Below, in pieces: positions 10,880 to 22,870 of a stretch of DNA of 64,000 nt. How positions within the stretch are numbered: position 1 is the stretch's first letter; every line of letters starts with the position of its first letter. The DNA comes from Podarcis filfolensis (Eukaryota). The notes beneath the pieces are model-generated. The model saw only the letters and a program-made list of their open reading frames with translations. It searched no databases and was not told where the DNA came from. A program made the position numbers and the translations under genes. Location: NCBI GenBank assembly GCA_964270895.1, contig OZ185436.1; one strand, 5' to 3'.

Positions 10880-13777
10880 GACCACTGGCTGTCTTGGAAT
10901 GGGTCTCTGAATTTTTATTTGCACCACTGGGCTAATAATCATAATTTGTATTGGTGTAATAAACACAGTCTCATCTGCTTCAATTACAGGAGGTTGTTGA
11001 AGTAGCATTTCTTAATTAAAGGGTTCGGCTCACCTTCAGCTTCTGTTTGTTTTGACAACCGTAGTATTGAACAACTCGATGCACCCGTGAGCTTGAGGAA
11101 CACTGTAGCTTAGATCTAGGTTTGCTATGTTATTACCATCTGCTTGTTGGACTCTGAGGGCACTTAAGGGTCAGACACCTGTAATTTCTGGCTATGTGCT
11201 GATTTGGATGTCTACCAGGAAACTGTGTGTTGAAAATAACAACAGCCCACCAAATATTTCAATAGGTGCATGGAAAAGAATAATAATTTGCCATCACACT
11301 TGCTCGCAACCCTACGCTAACTCGGCTACTCTCAGCCAAGCAACATACATCAATATTGGCATGAACCATGTCAGAGATGTTGCAAGTTAGACCTATAAGA
11401 AAATGTTGACATGCTGCCTGCTTTTGGTTAGGTTTTCAGCTGCTCCTAGCCTCCATGGTCAGACACAGGATATTGCCATCGAGCCCTGCTTGCTTATATA
11501 ATTGCCCAGTTTTTAAGGCAGTGATCTGGTATAGCAAAAACCCTTGTTCTTTGTGATTACCAGTAGCAGAAAGATCCAGGAAACACTTTACAAAACAAGT
11601 TTTAATTTTCAGGAAATGAAAAGCTTATGACAGTTTTATAATACTTCTTATTGTTGAGGTTGTTTATTTACCCTGGTTGCATTCTTTGATAACATGTAGT
11701 ATTTACAGAATTAAACCAGCTTGCTTTAGCTTAACTAAACATACTGTGAGATTATTCCACATTACATATGTGGGTAGCGGTAAATTCCTCCTCCTGGGAA
11801 AGGGTGTAATTTCTAAGGCAGTAGAAGGCTGCACAAACCTATTATTACTCTCCTAATTAGGCTTGTTATGAATCTGTATTTTATTTCACTTCTGGCAGCG
11901 AGGCCTGTGACAATGGTTGGCGGTGTGATATTACGGAATGACTGTGAACAATCAGTATGTGATGAACAAAGTTGTCAGCAACAAAACACAACACAGCTTC
12001 TGAGAGAAGGGGTAGGTGTTGGTTTGGCATTAAAACCTCATGCAGATACAAAACGATACGGGCAGGAAAGCTGTCTAGGGTTAGGACCTAGGGCTGTATT
12101 TAAAATGATCAGGGAACAAAGTTTTGAACCGAGTTTCTTTGCGGGGGAAGGAGGTTGCTTCAGTACTCCTGAACTTTCTGCACAGTTAAAAAAAGTAACA
12201 ATAACAAAACTTACTACAATGGATTCTCTTTATAGACAAACTGTTGGAAACAGAATCCTTAACATTGTGCCATTTAAAAAATCATAATTTCATAGCCTTG
12301 GATGAAGTGCTTTCCATGCAAGGCTTTCACTCCACAACAGCCATGCTTGGTCCACCCACATTTTGCAGGACATCCACAATGTGCACCCAGTTGTGGACCA
12401 TCTGTGTTTTCTCTGTGGCTCTTCCATCTTTTGGCAGACCAGAGTGTCCAACTTTTAAAAAAGAGTCAGGGTAGCACTCTTTCTTTCAGTTGAGAGCTAT
12501 TGCCTCCTAACCTGAGAATGTAGATTTCCACAGGGAAGAGGCATTGGAGTCATACAGCCGCCATAGACATTGTATCTTGGCAGGTGCCATTAAAAGGATT
12601 GCAGAGGGGGAGGATCAGGGGAACAGTTTTCCACACTGCACTAGAAAGAACAGGAGCTGTGCACAAACAGCATACGCTTCAGCTCAGTAGCCTGCTTGAA
12701 GATGCAGAAGGCAGTATTGGAGTGCCAGAACCACTCCACAAAAAATGTAGTTTTAAGCAAGTGGAAAAGACAGAGTGGAAGCCCCCTTCTTCATCTCTAG
12801 GTGAGAGAGCAGGTGGGGGTGCAGAGAAATCTCTTTTCCCTTCATGCTTAAACTGCCCGGCTCAAATAATGATTACTGTGATGCATGCAGTGAGAGCAGC
12901 AAGTTCCTGACCTCTACTAAGCAACTTAAATGAGCTTTCAAAGCCATGTCCCTCAGCAGACACACAAGTGCTGGGGTTTGTGGGGGTTTTTTTGCTTAGA
13001 CATGAGCAGCATCCAAACTAGACAAGTGGGATTCATATTCCATTCAGGGCAGTTGCCTCCCAAGGAGGAGAAAGCCATTACAGTACTAGCCTAAAAGGAG
13101 AGTTGGCCATAATTTTCTCTTTCTCTTCTCTCCTCTATTTCCCCCTGTCTCCAAGGATTTCTCTGACCTAACTCAATTCTCCTGTTCATCTTACTAGACT
13201 ATGTTTTTGGTCCATTCTTTGGATCCTAGAAGATTATTCAGGTGGTGAGGAGTGTGGCGGGGTAGGAGGATGTGTCTGAAATGTCTGAGAGGGAGCTGTC
13301 AGCTATCTTACTTAGCCTTAAAATGTGGCAAAGGGTTTTCCTTCACTTCCACCACTCTTTTTTTTGCTTTAATTAAAAAGGTTCTACTATGTGCACAGGG
13401 CTCTCTTTCTGATGGCCACGCTTCCTAGCAGACCACAATATGTTCAGGGGCAACTAGGCCCAGAAAATTTCAGATAAATTTCTCCCCTACCCCCCAAGAA
13501 AGAAACAGAATATCTCTCATTGTCCTTATTTTGAGGAAACTGGTGTGTGGAGGAAGGTTTGTCAAGTCCTACTAGACACACGTGTTCAAAAAATTACTGC
13601 CAGCGTTATCTTTAACGTTCCATTTCTTAGAATAAATTAGGAAATAAAATAATAATATATAAAATTGGGAAATAAGCAACAAAGACTCTGTAAATTTATG
13701 GAAGATCAGGAGGCTGAGTATTGTTGGCCAAGATGGAAAAGTTAGATTGACCACAATGAGCAAGTTCAAATCTAATG

Positions 13778-13821
13778 CATTGATAAAAACCTACAAATAA
13801 CATTGATAAAAACCTACAAAT
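13778..13821. repeat. Local tandem duplication, period 23 (CATTGATAAAAACCTACAAAT x2)
   Basis: Direct reading. Similar small duplications at 4989-5025 and about 14327-14365. Confidence 0.9.
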
Positions 13822-13915
13822 GAAATGTGAGCTACTGAGACAGATTTGCTCTTGAGGATATTTTCCTGAGGAACAAAGACTATGGCACTTTTAAATCCCA
13901 TCAGGTGATGGTATA

Positions 13916-14245
13916 TGAAATATACTCAGAGTCGCAAAGTGATTTCATGCTCTTTATTCAGCTCATAGTGGTGAGGAGGAATGAATGAATGTCCCCTCAA
14001 AGTATCTGCTTTATATACATTATTTACACAATGGGCTGCACATGATTGGCTAATTCCGGAATTCTACTGTAAGCCAATCAGGTTGTGGATTCACTTCTAT
14101 CTGGAGCATGATTGGGTGGTTCCTGCCAACCAATCATACTGCTGCATTGTTCTAGGACCAATCAGACTGCTGCATTCTGAATCCTATTGTTCTAGGACCA
14201 ATCAGACTGCTGCAGTTTGGATCCTATTCAACTCAGTACATAACA
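13916..14245 (-). mobile_element. Solo LTR (330 bp) in an HTR4 intron, antisense to HTR4
   Basis: On - it begins TGTTA and ends TTTCA. Perfect 5-bp TSD GTATA (13911-13915, 14246-14250). Six CCAATCA boxes, TATATAAA (14017-14010) and AATAAA (13958-13953), in U3-R-U5 order. Confidence 0.88.
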
Positions 14246-14817
14246 GTATACTTTCACTCAGCAAGCAAAACAAACAAAATGGCTATTTTCCCCAGGAATA
14301 TAAATGTGTGTTCTTTCCCACCCACCCACTTTTTGAGTGGGTAAGGCACTTTTGAGTGGGTAAGCTACTACGAAAGCAGTTTTTCTTTTCTTCCCGCTTG
14401 TCAGCAAATATGCAAAGAGCTGGTTTTTAACACATTCTGAAAGAGCTGGCTATCTGCCCTCGCTTCATAGCCTCCTGAAGCATCTGGACGCTTTCACTGT
14501 GCCCTTTTCAGCAGACACCTTGTGTCATTTGAAATGCCTAGTTCCAGCCTAAGACTGCAAATGTTAGGATGGGCTTGATTATTTGGTTCACATAAGCATA
14601 TGAGTTTTGAACATTTCTTTTTCTGAGTAAGTCAGTCACTTTGTACTTATGGCCTCATCCTCCCACACCCAAAGAGGTGAGATCCAACCTGTTTGTCTGT
14701 TGGAGTAAAAAGAGTTCTGAATGTATTCTTGAAAAACACAGCTGTTCCTCACAGGAACATAACTAGGACAGTGCCAGTTGGGTGCTTGTGAATGACTCTG
14801 AATCTAATCTCTGGGGA

Positions 14818-15150
14818 CAGGACTGGCCCAATACATTTTGACACCTGAGGCAAATCACAAAATGGCATCCCCCTCTGCCAGGGAAGAAGGGGTGGGTGAA
14901 AACCTACATCAGGAAGAAGGGTGGGAAGAAACCAGCAGCACCTCCTATTCACCTAGAGGCCACTGTAGAGCCGCCAGGGGTGGGGGGCAACGAGGAAGTG
15001 GCAGATTCAGCCGCCAAGGAGTGTGCTACAGCTGTTGTGGCAGCAACAGAAGCAGGCGATGCATTCCTGGGAGCCCACATCTGCTGCCCCCCATGGATCC
15101 TGCCACCTGAGGCAGTTGCCTCACATTACCTCATGGCAGGGCCAGCCCTT
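14818..15150. mobile_element. hAT-type non-autonomous element
   Basis: CAGGACTGGCC...GGCCAGCCCTT termini; TSD TCTGGGGA/TCTGGGAA. Explains ORFs 14838-15177. Confidence 0.7.
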
Positions 15151-17184
15151 TCTGGGAAAGACACTGGTATCAATTGAAGCACATCGTCAAGAGGTTCTAA
15201 AGAATTAGATCAGGGGTAGCCGGCGTAGTGCCCTTCCAGTTGTTGTTGGGCTCCATTTCCCATCTGCTCCACCCCAGCTTGGCCCATGATCAGGGAGAAT
15301 GGGAGTTATAGCTGAACAACATCTGGAGGGCACTATGTTGACTACTTTTGGACTAGTTCCTGTTCACAGCCTGCTGCTATATAACAGCCGGGAGTTGGCT
15401 TGAGCACAAGGGGAAATGTGCTGTTGGGTGACTCAGCACCAGAACCACAAACTAGTAATTACTGGTGATCAGTGGAAACTTCCCCCCCACTGAACTCTGC
15501 AGAGAGGTGGGCGGGCTGTGCACCATTAAGGGACTGCAGACTCACAGAATGTCCTCCATCTTATTGCTTTGATGGGAGTTAAGTGAGCACAAGAAATAAC
15601 AGAAACCAGAAGTGGTAGTCGTCAGAGCTTGATCGTGTTGCTATTTCCCAGAGAGAGCTTTCTGTGATGATTCATGCTCAACAGGAGGTTGTGAGCTCTG
15701 AGAAATTCTCATAAAAACTTCTGTATTTGAAATCAGCTTTATGCTATAACTAATACTGCATCAAACTATCTGTGATGGCACAAAGTATGTGGAATTGACA
15801 GAAGTGTATTCTAATGCTTATGGGGTTTTGTTATGCTGCAGCAATTTAGAGCTATGGGAAGATTGTCTCATTTTTAAAATAAAGCAACTCCGGAAAGAAC
15901 TATTTCTATTGTCGATTGCTGAAATGTCTCAAGACTGTAGAGTAACAGCCGTAATTCCATAGCTATTTCCGTTTCTGGGATAAAGTAAGGCAAGATAAAC
16001 TACTAAGTAATCTCTGACCCTCGGAAAAGCAGATTTAATGACTGCATTAGGTAATGGAAAAAGAGTAGATGAAGCACAAAATAGCGCTTTGAACCATCAC
16101 GGTTTTCACTGTGTCCTGTATGTGATGCTAAAGTTACTGCTTCCTAAAATTCTGTCTTGGTACTACGTCTTAGAATTGTGAGCAAGACTTTAAAAAAAGC
16201 TGAATTTAGCTAACTTTCCCTGTAATTATTGGCTCCTGGCTTTATTTTTAAATCTAAAAAATAGATTGTACTTAGTTTTAAAAAAATTACCTGACTCTAT
16301 GTCCCATGGATCTGAGTACTCCTCCCGTCTAGTCTTCTCCCTCAACATCCTATTATCAATAATGCACCATTATGTCTGAATCCTGGGTTTCAATCTGAAG
16401 TCTGAGGTCAACTGTGGTCATGCATACAGAGATTTGCTTCCCTGTGCATGCACACAGGTTTTTAATTTTTGGGGTGGAGAGGCCTTATGCCTAAGACTGA
16501 GCTAGAGAAGAAACTGTGAGGGGAGGGTGTTGCAAAATGATTCTTCACGCTTCTCTTTTGTCCAGTTTTTAAAGCCCATGTGGCTAAATTATTTCTGACA
16601 ATTTTTGAAAGGTGTTCTTAGACTCCTATGAGTCACATACTTCAGCAGGTCCACGCATTCCACAGTACACTGTGCAAAAAACACTAGTCTCAGGCTGCTC
16701 TGGTTCAGAAGGAGGGGGGGGGGAGGGAGAGATTTATTAAAAGCAGTACATTTTTATTTCCTCTACTCTGTCACAACAAAGTAAGACTTAATATTAATTA
16801 TGTCTGTTCTTCTGCTTCCTTTTTTTCTGCCAAAGGTTTACTAAAAGGTTCAGTAAACTTTCAGCAGCGGAAGAAGATGAGGAAATATATTTAATAAAGG
16901 TTTGCTTTCCCATAACAGAGCAGAGGAAGTCAAAGCGTACATTTTCTTTTCATAATAAATGTGTCTTTCTCTTCTCCAAAACCTTGTAGATCATAGAACT
17001 TGGGACTATAGCTAAAAAGAGAGCTCTCAGATAACTTGGCAGTGGAGGGTTGAGATTAGGTTAAAACATTCTGAAATTCAGTTTTTAAAAGATTAAAGCA
17101 TGACTGAACCTGAGATCTTCTGCACACAAAGCATATGGGTAGTTCCCTTTTGTGATTCTTCCTGCTTGGATGGCTATCTCCAGA

Positions 17185-17760
17185 GGGTACTTGGGGTTGT
17201 TCGGCTCCATGCTGATTTCAATGTGGGGATGCCACAGGGCTCAGTGCTGTTCAACATCTACATGAAGCCACTACAGGGCTTTGTTGTGCATTTTTTTACC
17301 CTTCTAATTGTATTGCTGTGTTTTTCAGCTTCTATTGTTTTTAATTTTGTTTTAATGTGAGTCACTTCAAGTTATTTAGTAAGAAAAACACCATCAGCAT
17401 TGGCATAAAAATAATTGTCAGCAGTATGTTGATGATACGTGGCTCTGTTTCTCCTTTACACCTGCTGGTGTGGCACTGGATATGCAAGGCCAGGCATAGG
17501 CAAACTTAGCCCTCTGGATGTTTTGAGACTACAATTCCCATCATCCCTGACCACTTGTTCTGTTAGCTAGGGATGATGGGAGTTGTAGTCCCAAAACATC
17601 TGGAGGACTGAGTTTCCCTATGCCTGTGCTAGGCCAATGTTTGGCATCGGTAATGAACTGAATCTTTATCCCGATAAGACTGAGGTGCTGTTAGTGGGTG
17701 ATTCCCTTGGATGGGGTTAGACTCCCTCTGAAGGAGCAGATGAGCCCTGTTCCTGGATGT
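17185..17760 (+). mobile_element. Degraded L2 reverse-transcriptase fragments (interrupted)
   Basis: Translates to GMPQGSVLFNIYMKPL, LNLYPDKTEVLLV and LDGVRLPLKEQ, which are typical L2 ORF2 motifs. Confidence 0.75.
17491..17626. mobile_element. Palindromic hAT-type MITE (same family), nested in a degraded L2
   Basis: Same termini; 8-bp TSD TGCAAGGC/TGCTAGGC. Confidence 0.88.
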
Positions 17761-19385
17761 ACTGTACAAGTCTTAAAGTGCCTTGTGTTCACTAACTGAT
17801 GTGCATATGATTGTGTCAAATCAGCTGCTTCCAGCAACTACTTCTACATATAAACCTTCCAGTGTGATCTACTGACTGGTCATAAAAAACAGAGGCTATT
17901 CTCAGGGCTTGCTTCCCACCTGTGCCCTAAAATGATAGAGAAACAGATGCTTCACAGCATGCAATAACAAACATAGTCATCCTAATCTCTCTGCTTTGTG
18001 TTCTTATGATGCAATTGTGAATTATGTTGTTTGCATTTGTAATTATAGAGCTGAACAGATGGTGGAAGGCTTATTTCAAGGCAACACATCTACTAAAATA
18101 GCCTAGTCTGGGCTCCTAAGCAATTGCTAACTGTAAGCCTGAATCATTAGAATTGGGGATTATTTACTTTCTCTTTTTCATATAACCAGGGGAAAGAGGG
18201 TTTAGCGAGATGGGAAGTGTGAAAAACAGTGGATGTTATTTAAAATTGCAGCAGCCAGGTGGAACTGATTTCTACAGTTGTATATTTGTACCTTAAGAAA
18301 ATGTGAGCCAAGAAGATTATCGAGCCATAATACTTGACACCAACTTTTTTCTAGATTTCTTTTTTAAATTATACCTTGCACCTTCTGTCCCATAAGTTTC
18401 CCCAGGGCCCCAGTTCGAATTCAGAAGTGGGGTAGGAGACTATCTAGTTAAAACTTGAAGTATCCTTAGTTAAGTTTTTACCTACAGGTTAGCAGAAAGT
18501 ACCCATATGCCTTTAAGCCATTCCCTCCCTCTCTTGTTTAACTCATAAGTAAGTGATGTATCTGTGTGGCTGGTGATTACCTGTCCTGTTTGGGTTCTTT
18601 TCTCTCCAACCACCCAAAAATAGAGGTTCAACACTGCACTGCTTCCATCTTGGTTTGTGTACTGATAGCAGAAAGAGGTGTCTAGATTAAGCCTGATTGC
18701 TACCTCCTTCCCAATAGAAAATCAGCAGGTGATGATGTGTTGGTGCAGGAGTAGAACTCTGGGCTCAGTCTGGAGCCTCATCCCACAACAAATGGCCATC
18801 ATATTTCAGTACTGCCCCAGCCATACTGGGCAGTGCACCAGAGAGCTTGTATCAGCCCCCCAAAATGTGGCATACCAAGCAGAGTTGGCCTGTAAAAGGT
18901 GCTGCTACTAAATTTTGGAACTGACCAGGTTGCAAGGACAATATTATTAAGGTGGGTTCCCTTATGGGTCCAATCCTTTGAGGTGACGTGTCCACAAGTT
19001 GTCTATATAGGAGAGAGTGGAAGTTTGTGTTTGTACTAAATAGGATAAAGATTTTTGCTAATCTGTACAGCTAACTGCATCTGATAATTGTGTATCCAAA
19101 TGATGCAGGATAACTAGAAATACTTGGTTTTCCTTTTAGTCACTACATTTCAAATTAAAGTCATTTTCCACAGCCAAGTAGTTTAGTGCACATGTTCTTA
19201 GCTCACATCCACATGATGCATTTAAAGCACTCTTATATCGCTTTAAACAGTCATGGCTCCCCCCCCCCCAATGTAACTTGTTAAGAGACACCCTGCTTAG
19301 GCATATCAGAAAGGCTCTCCCCGCCCCTGGCATTCCTTGCACTTGTTCTAATGTGGTCTTTCCCTCCCTTCCTCCTTTTCTGTAG

Positions 19386-19473
19386 GTATACAGTCTTGTA
19401 TAATGGGCAACCCCAGGAACATGACAAGCTTCCGATCCATAATGACCCAGAATCCCAAGAGTCCTGCTTCTGA
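19386..19473 (+). CDS. HTR4: HTR4 terminal coding exon, 5-HT4(a) splice variant: (R)YTVLYNGQPQEHDKLPIHNDPESQESCF*
   Basis: Polypyrimidine tract plus TAG acceptor (AG 19384-19385). The phase-2 translation closely resembles the mammalian 5-HT4(a) tail (YTVLHRGHHQELEKLPIHNDPESLESCF) including the -SCF PDZ ligand. Convergent with FBXO38 as in mammals. The 7TM exons lie upstream of the window. Confidence 0.95.
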
Positions 19474-22400
19474 CTAAGGTCCCAGAATGTGATCTGCCAT
19501 GCAGGACAGTTGCAAGATGATGGTGCACCAGGAACCTATTGCCAGATCAATGTTGTCTGCATTGCCATAGTGCTCTCCTCTACTGATTTGACATCAGCAG
19601 CAACAGCAAGGATGTGCTTACCAACCGGAAGGATTAGGCAGTCTGCAGAGAGGAGGAGGGAGGTCCTTTTTTTGTTGCTGCGGAGTGATGCCTGGAAAAG
19701 TCATAGTGCTTTGCATGTGATGCGCAAACAGTAAGCAACATGCTTGATGGTTCTTGCATTTGCTTCAACAGATGTGTCTATACACATCTCTCTGTCTCTG
19801 TCTCTCTTTTGTATTGCTATGTGGCAACAATATGAATCTTCTCCCAGAATTTGACTTGAAGTGCTAATATCAAACCACACTTTTGCTTAACCAAAAAGAA
19901 ACAAGGAACTGATACTATTTTTCTCAGCTGTTTTTAATTGTGAGCTTTTACTCAAGAAATGTACTCCCCCAGCTGTGCAAGAAGAAAAGTGGCAGTCACG
20001 CTATGCATGTTCCCCCACCCTAGTATGTCTCCTGGCCAAAATAAGTTGAGGAGCACGAATAGCCCAAAGAGAACTACGTTGTGGCCTAGGGATATGGAAC
20101 TGATTGCGGTATGAAGTGCTGCAGGCTCCCACCAAACTGATCTACTGTGCACAATGTGAAGATTAAACGATGAACAGTCGCAGATTCTATCACTAAGATG
20201 TCTCCATCTGCCCCCTCAGTTTGGAAAACTGATTGACTCATTTACTTGCCCCATTTTGCCAAAAGCTGGCTCTGTGGCTCAGGGACTGTGTGTGATGGAC
20301 CAGTAGCTACTTTTGTGTCTTAGGGTTTATCAGTATTTGCTGATGACCCCAGGCAGTAACAGGAGCAGAGCCCTCAGTTAGGGAGTAGGCAGGCACCCAG
20401 GTGGGAATCCAGGTACATGATGTAAGACAGGGAAGAAGACACTAGAGGCAGTTGCAGTGCCAACAGCTGCTGCTTACGTGAGAAGGGTGGGACAAGTAAA
20501 TATGCCTTCTGGAATGGCCATCTTGGTAGGAGACGGGTTGTTCAGAATGATGAGGAAGTCCCAGGACTAAGGCTCTATTGAGCTAGGCAAAGATTCATTG
20601 GCTCCCTAGGCTGGGACAGCTGCCTGAGTGCTGTTTCAGCTGGTGGGACCTGTAATGCTGTTTATGTGGTACCCACAACTCCTTCAGTGGAGATGCTGCC
20701 TTGGTGGCAAGATGTTGGAGCCTGCTGGAGGTCCTGGTTTGAGACCCCTAGCACCTTTGCAGGGCTTTTTTCTTTTCTTTTCTAATGCTTTATTGGAACT
20801 TCAGATATTTTCCCTGTGCAACTGTCCCTCAAAAGGATGTCAGCCATGCTTATGTCAGCAGTTTCCTGCATGCAGATGTTACTGCCTTCCTTATCAGTGG
20901 TAGCTCCGCTTTTCTTTGCATGTTATGTTTATCAGCTTTGCTGTAGACCGAAGGACTCTGGGAGTTTGATTTTCACATCATGAGAAATGTACAGATCCAA
21001 GCATGGATCTGTATTCTCCTTCAATGAAGATCTAACCTAAAGATGATAACCTCGCTCTGGACAACAGGTATTTTGTTACATTGTGTAATTATGTACAGAT
21101 ATTTTTTTTAAGTGTATAGGAGAAAAACATTATTTATTATTATTTTAAGGGAATTTTTATTTTCCCATGGACGTCTTCTGAGTTTAGGAGCTAAAACATT
21201 TTCATTAGTGTTTTGTTTTTTATTTAAAAAACAGTTTTATTTTTCTGTTGCCATGTGACAGCTATTCACTGTTTTAAAAGAAGAAGGAAAAGACAGCTTT
21301 TATAACAAAACAAATGCAATTCAAAGGACATTTCATTGGTCTACTCTTGTTGAGAGGATGAGTCTATGGCTTTTACCCTGGTGTTGCTCTGCAGACTCTT
21401 GTTGCTTGTGCAGCTGGCCCCAAACTATGGGGACTTAGAGTGCTATTTTACTGTGCCCAGTCTCTGCTGTACACAGGTGCAAAGCGTACTTCATTCTGCT
21501 GGGTAGGCTCTAACCAGCCTGTGCAACTAGCTTTACAGATTAGCGTAACCCAGCTGGGGGTGGGGAGAAATCCTTTGGATATTTTGCATGCTCGCTGTTG
21601 TGTGCTGCCATACCCAAAGGGAAGTGAGCAGAAGCATGAGCTTTATGAACCCCAGAGAAAACTAGACTGCACGATCTCACCAGTGTTGTAAAGGCAGAGG
21701 AGCTAAAATGGGCCACCCGTGTGGCCCTGTGTTGAGACTAAGTGATTCACTTCTTTCATACTTGTCCTGCTCCGCAGAAACTAGAGAACCTGGAACAATG
21801 ACATATCAGCTGCCAAATTTACATTTTAACCTTCCTCTTCACCACCCACAAGGCCAGCCCATGCTGCTTTGTTTTTGAGGGGAAGCTGCCACTACCACCA
21901 CATTACACATCATATTTTGCCTGCCCCTCCACCTCTATGGGCAATTCTGGAAGTTAGCCTTTATTCTGCTGCCCTGCACCCTGTCTATGTCAGATGACAG
22001 CCAGCAGATTGCTTTCATCAGGAAATCCAGCCATCTTCACCTTTCATTGAAATATTCTTCCTCCTCCCAACCACATGGGAGCCACTTACTCACAAGAAGC
22101 TCCTGTGTGACTGAAATGACCAAACCATGTGAAGAGGCAATACTTGCTTGCATCTTTCTCATGGAATGAGCACCATTCCAGGAGCAGGTATAGATTCCAG
22201 GAGAAAGACCTACCCAAGCAGCCCTGCTTGGAGATACAGTGGTACCTCGGGTTAAATACTTGATTCATTCCGGAGGTCCGTGCTTAACCTGAAACTGTTC
22301 TTAACCTGAAGCACCACTTTAGCTAATGGGGCCTCCTGCTGCTGCCGCACCGCCGGAGCACGATTTCTGTTCTCAACCTGAAGCAAAGTTCTTAACCTGA

Positions 22401-22870
22401 AGCACTATTTCTGGGTTAGCAGAGTATGTAACCTGAAGCATATGTAACCTGAAGCGTATGTAACCCGAGGTACCACTGTAATGCAGCTTTTACATGGCTG
22501 CATGCAGTGCTTTTTCTGGGGGTACACATACCCCTAAACATTTTGTGAATCTAAGTTTGGCCTCATTGAGGGGCAGTATTTCAATATGAGTAGGAAAATG
22601 AGAGTACCCCTAAAGATTTTTTTAAGGAAAAAAAGCACTGGCTGGATGAATGTCTAAAAACTACCTATATGGTTTTTTAAAATGTATACTATGTCCAATA
22701 ATCTGAAAACCAAATTTCATTAAAAATTGTGTGGGTCTGGGATTTGTGCCACTGAGAGCTCATATGTAAGCTTGGCTGAATTATATTATTGTGAACAAGT
22801 GCAGACTCCTTTATCTGACATATTTGGAGGACATGATTTCCTGTTGAATAAAACAGTGTTTTATTGACAA
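19474..22870 (+). other. HTR4: Probable HTR4(a) 3' UTR; end uncertain
   Basis: Follows the stop. AU-rich block at about 21070-21260. First AATAAA I found is at 22847-22852, with more at 23220-23225 and 23343-23348. Confidence 0.4.
22237..22478. mobile_element. Tc1/mariner MITE, same family as 1115-1328
   Basis: Same TIRs, TA TSD, near-identical body with an extra internal segment. Confidence 0.9.

Noticed and set aside
10751-11008. ORF with poly-Tyr
   Set aside because: Artefact of the (AAT)14 microsatellite.
11868-12287. 139-aa ORF
   Set aside because: No recognisable domain. A few ORFs of this length are expected by chance in 64 kb; only the nested micro-exon is reported.
14147-14226. 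40-bp direct repeats resembling a CRISPR array
   Set aside because: Two abutting units without spacers inside an LTR in vertebrate DNA.
1-19385. HTR4 7TM exons and the 5-HT4(b) tail exon (DAVECGGQWE...)
   Set aside because: No AG|G-GAT-GCA-GTG-type acceptor with an open frame was found; GATGCAGTG near 4953 is followed by AAT TGA. These exons probably lie upstream of the window.
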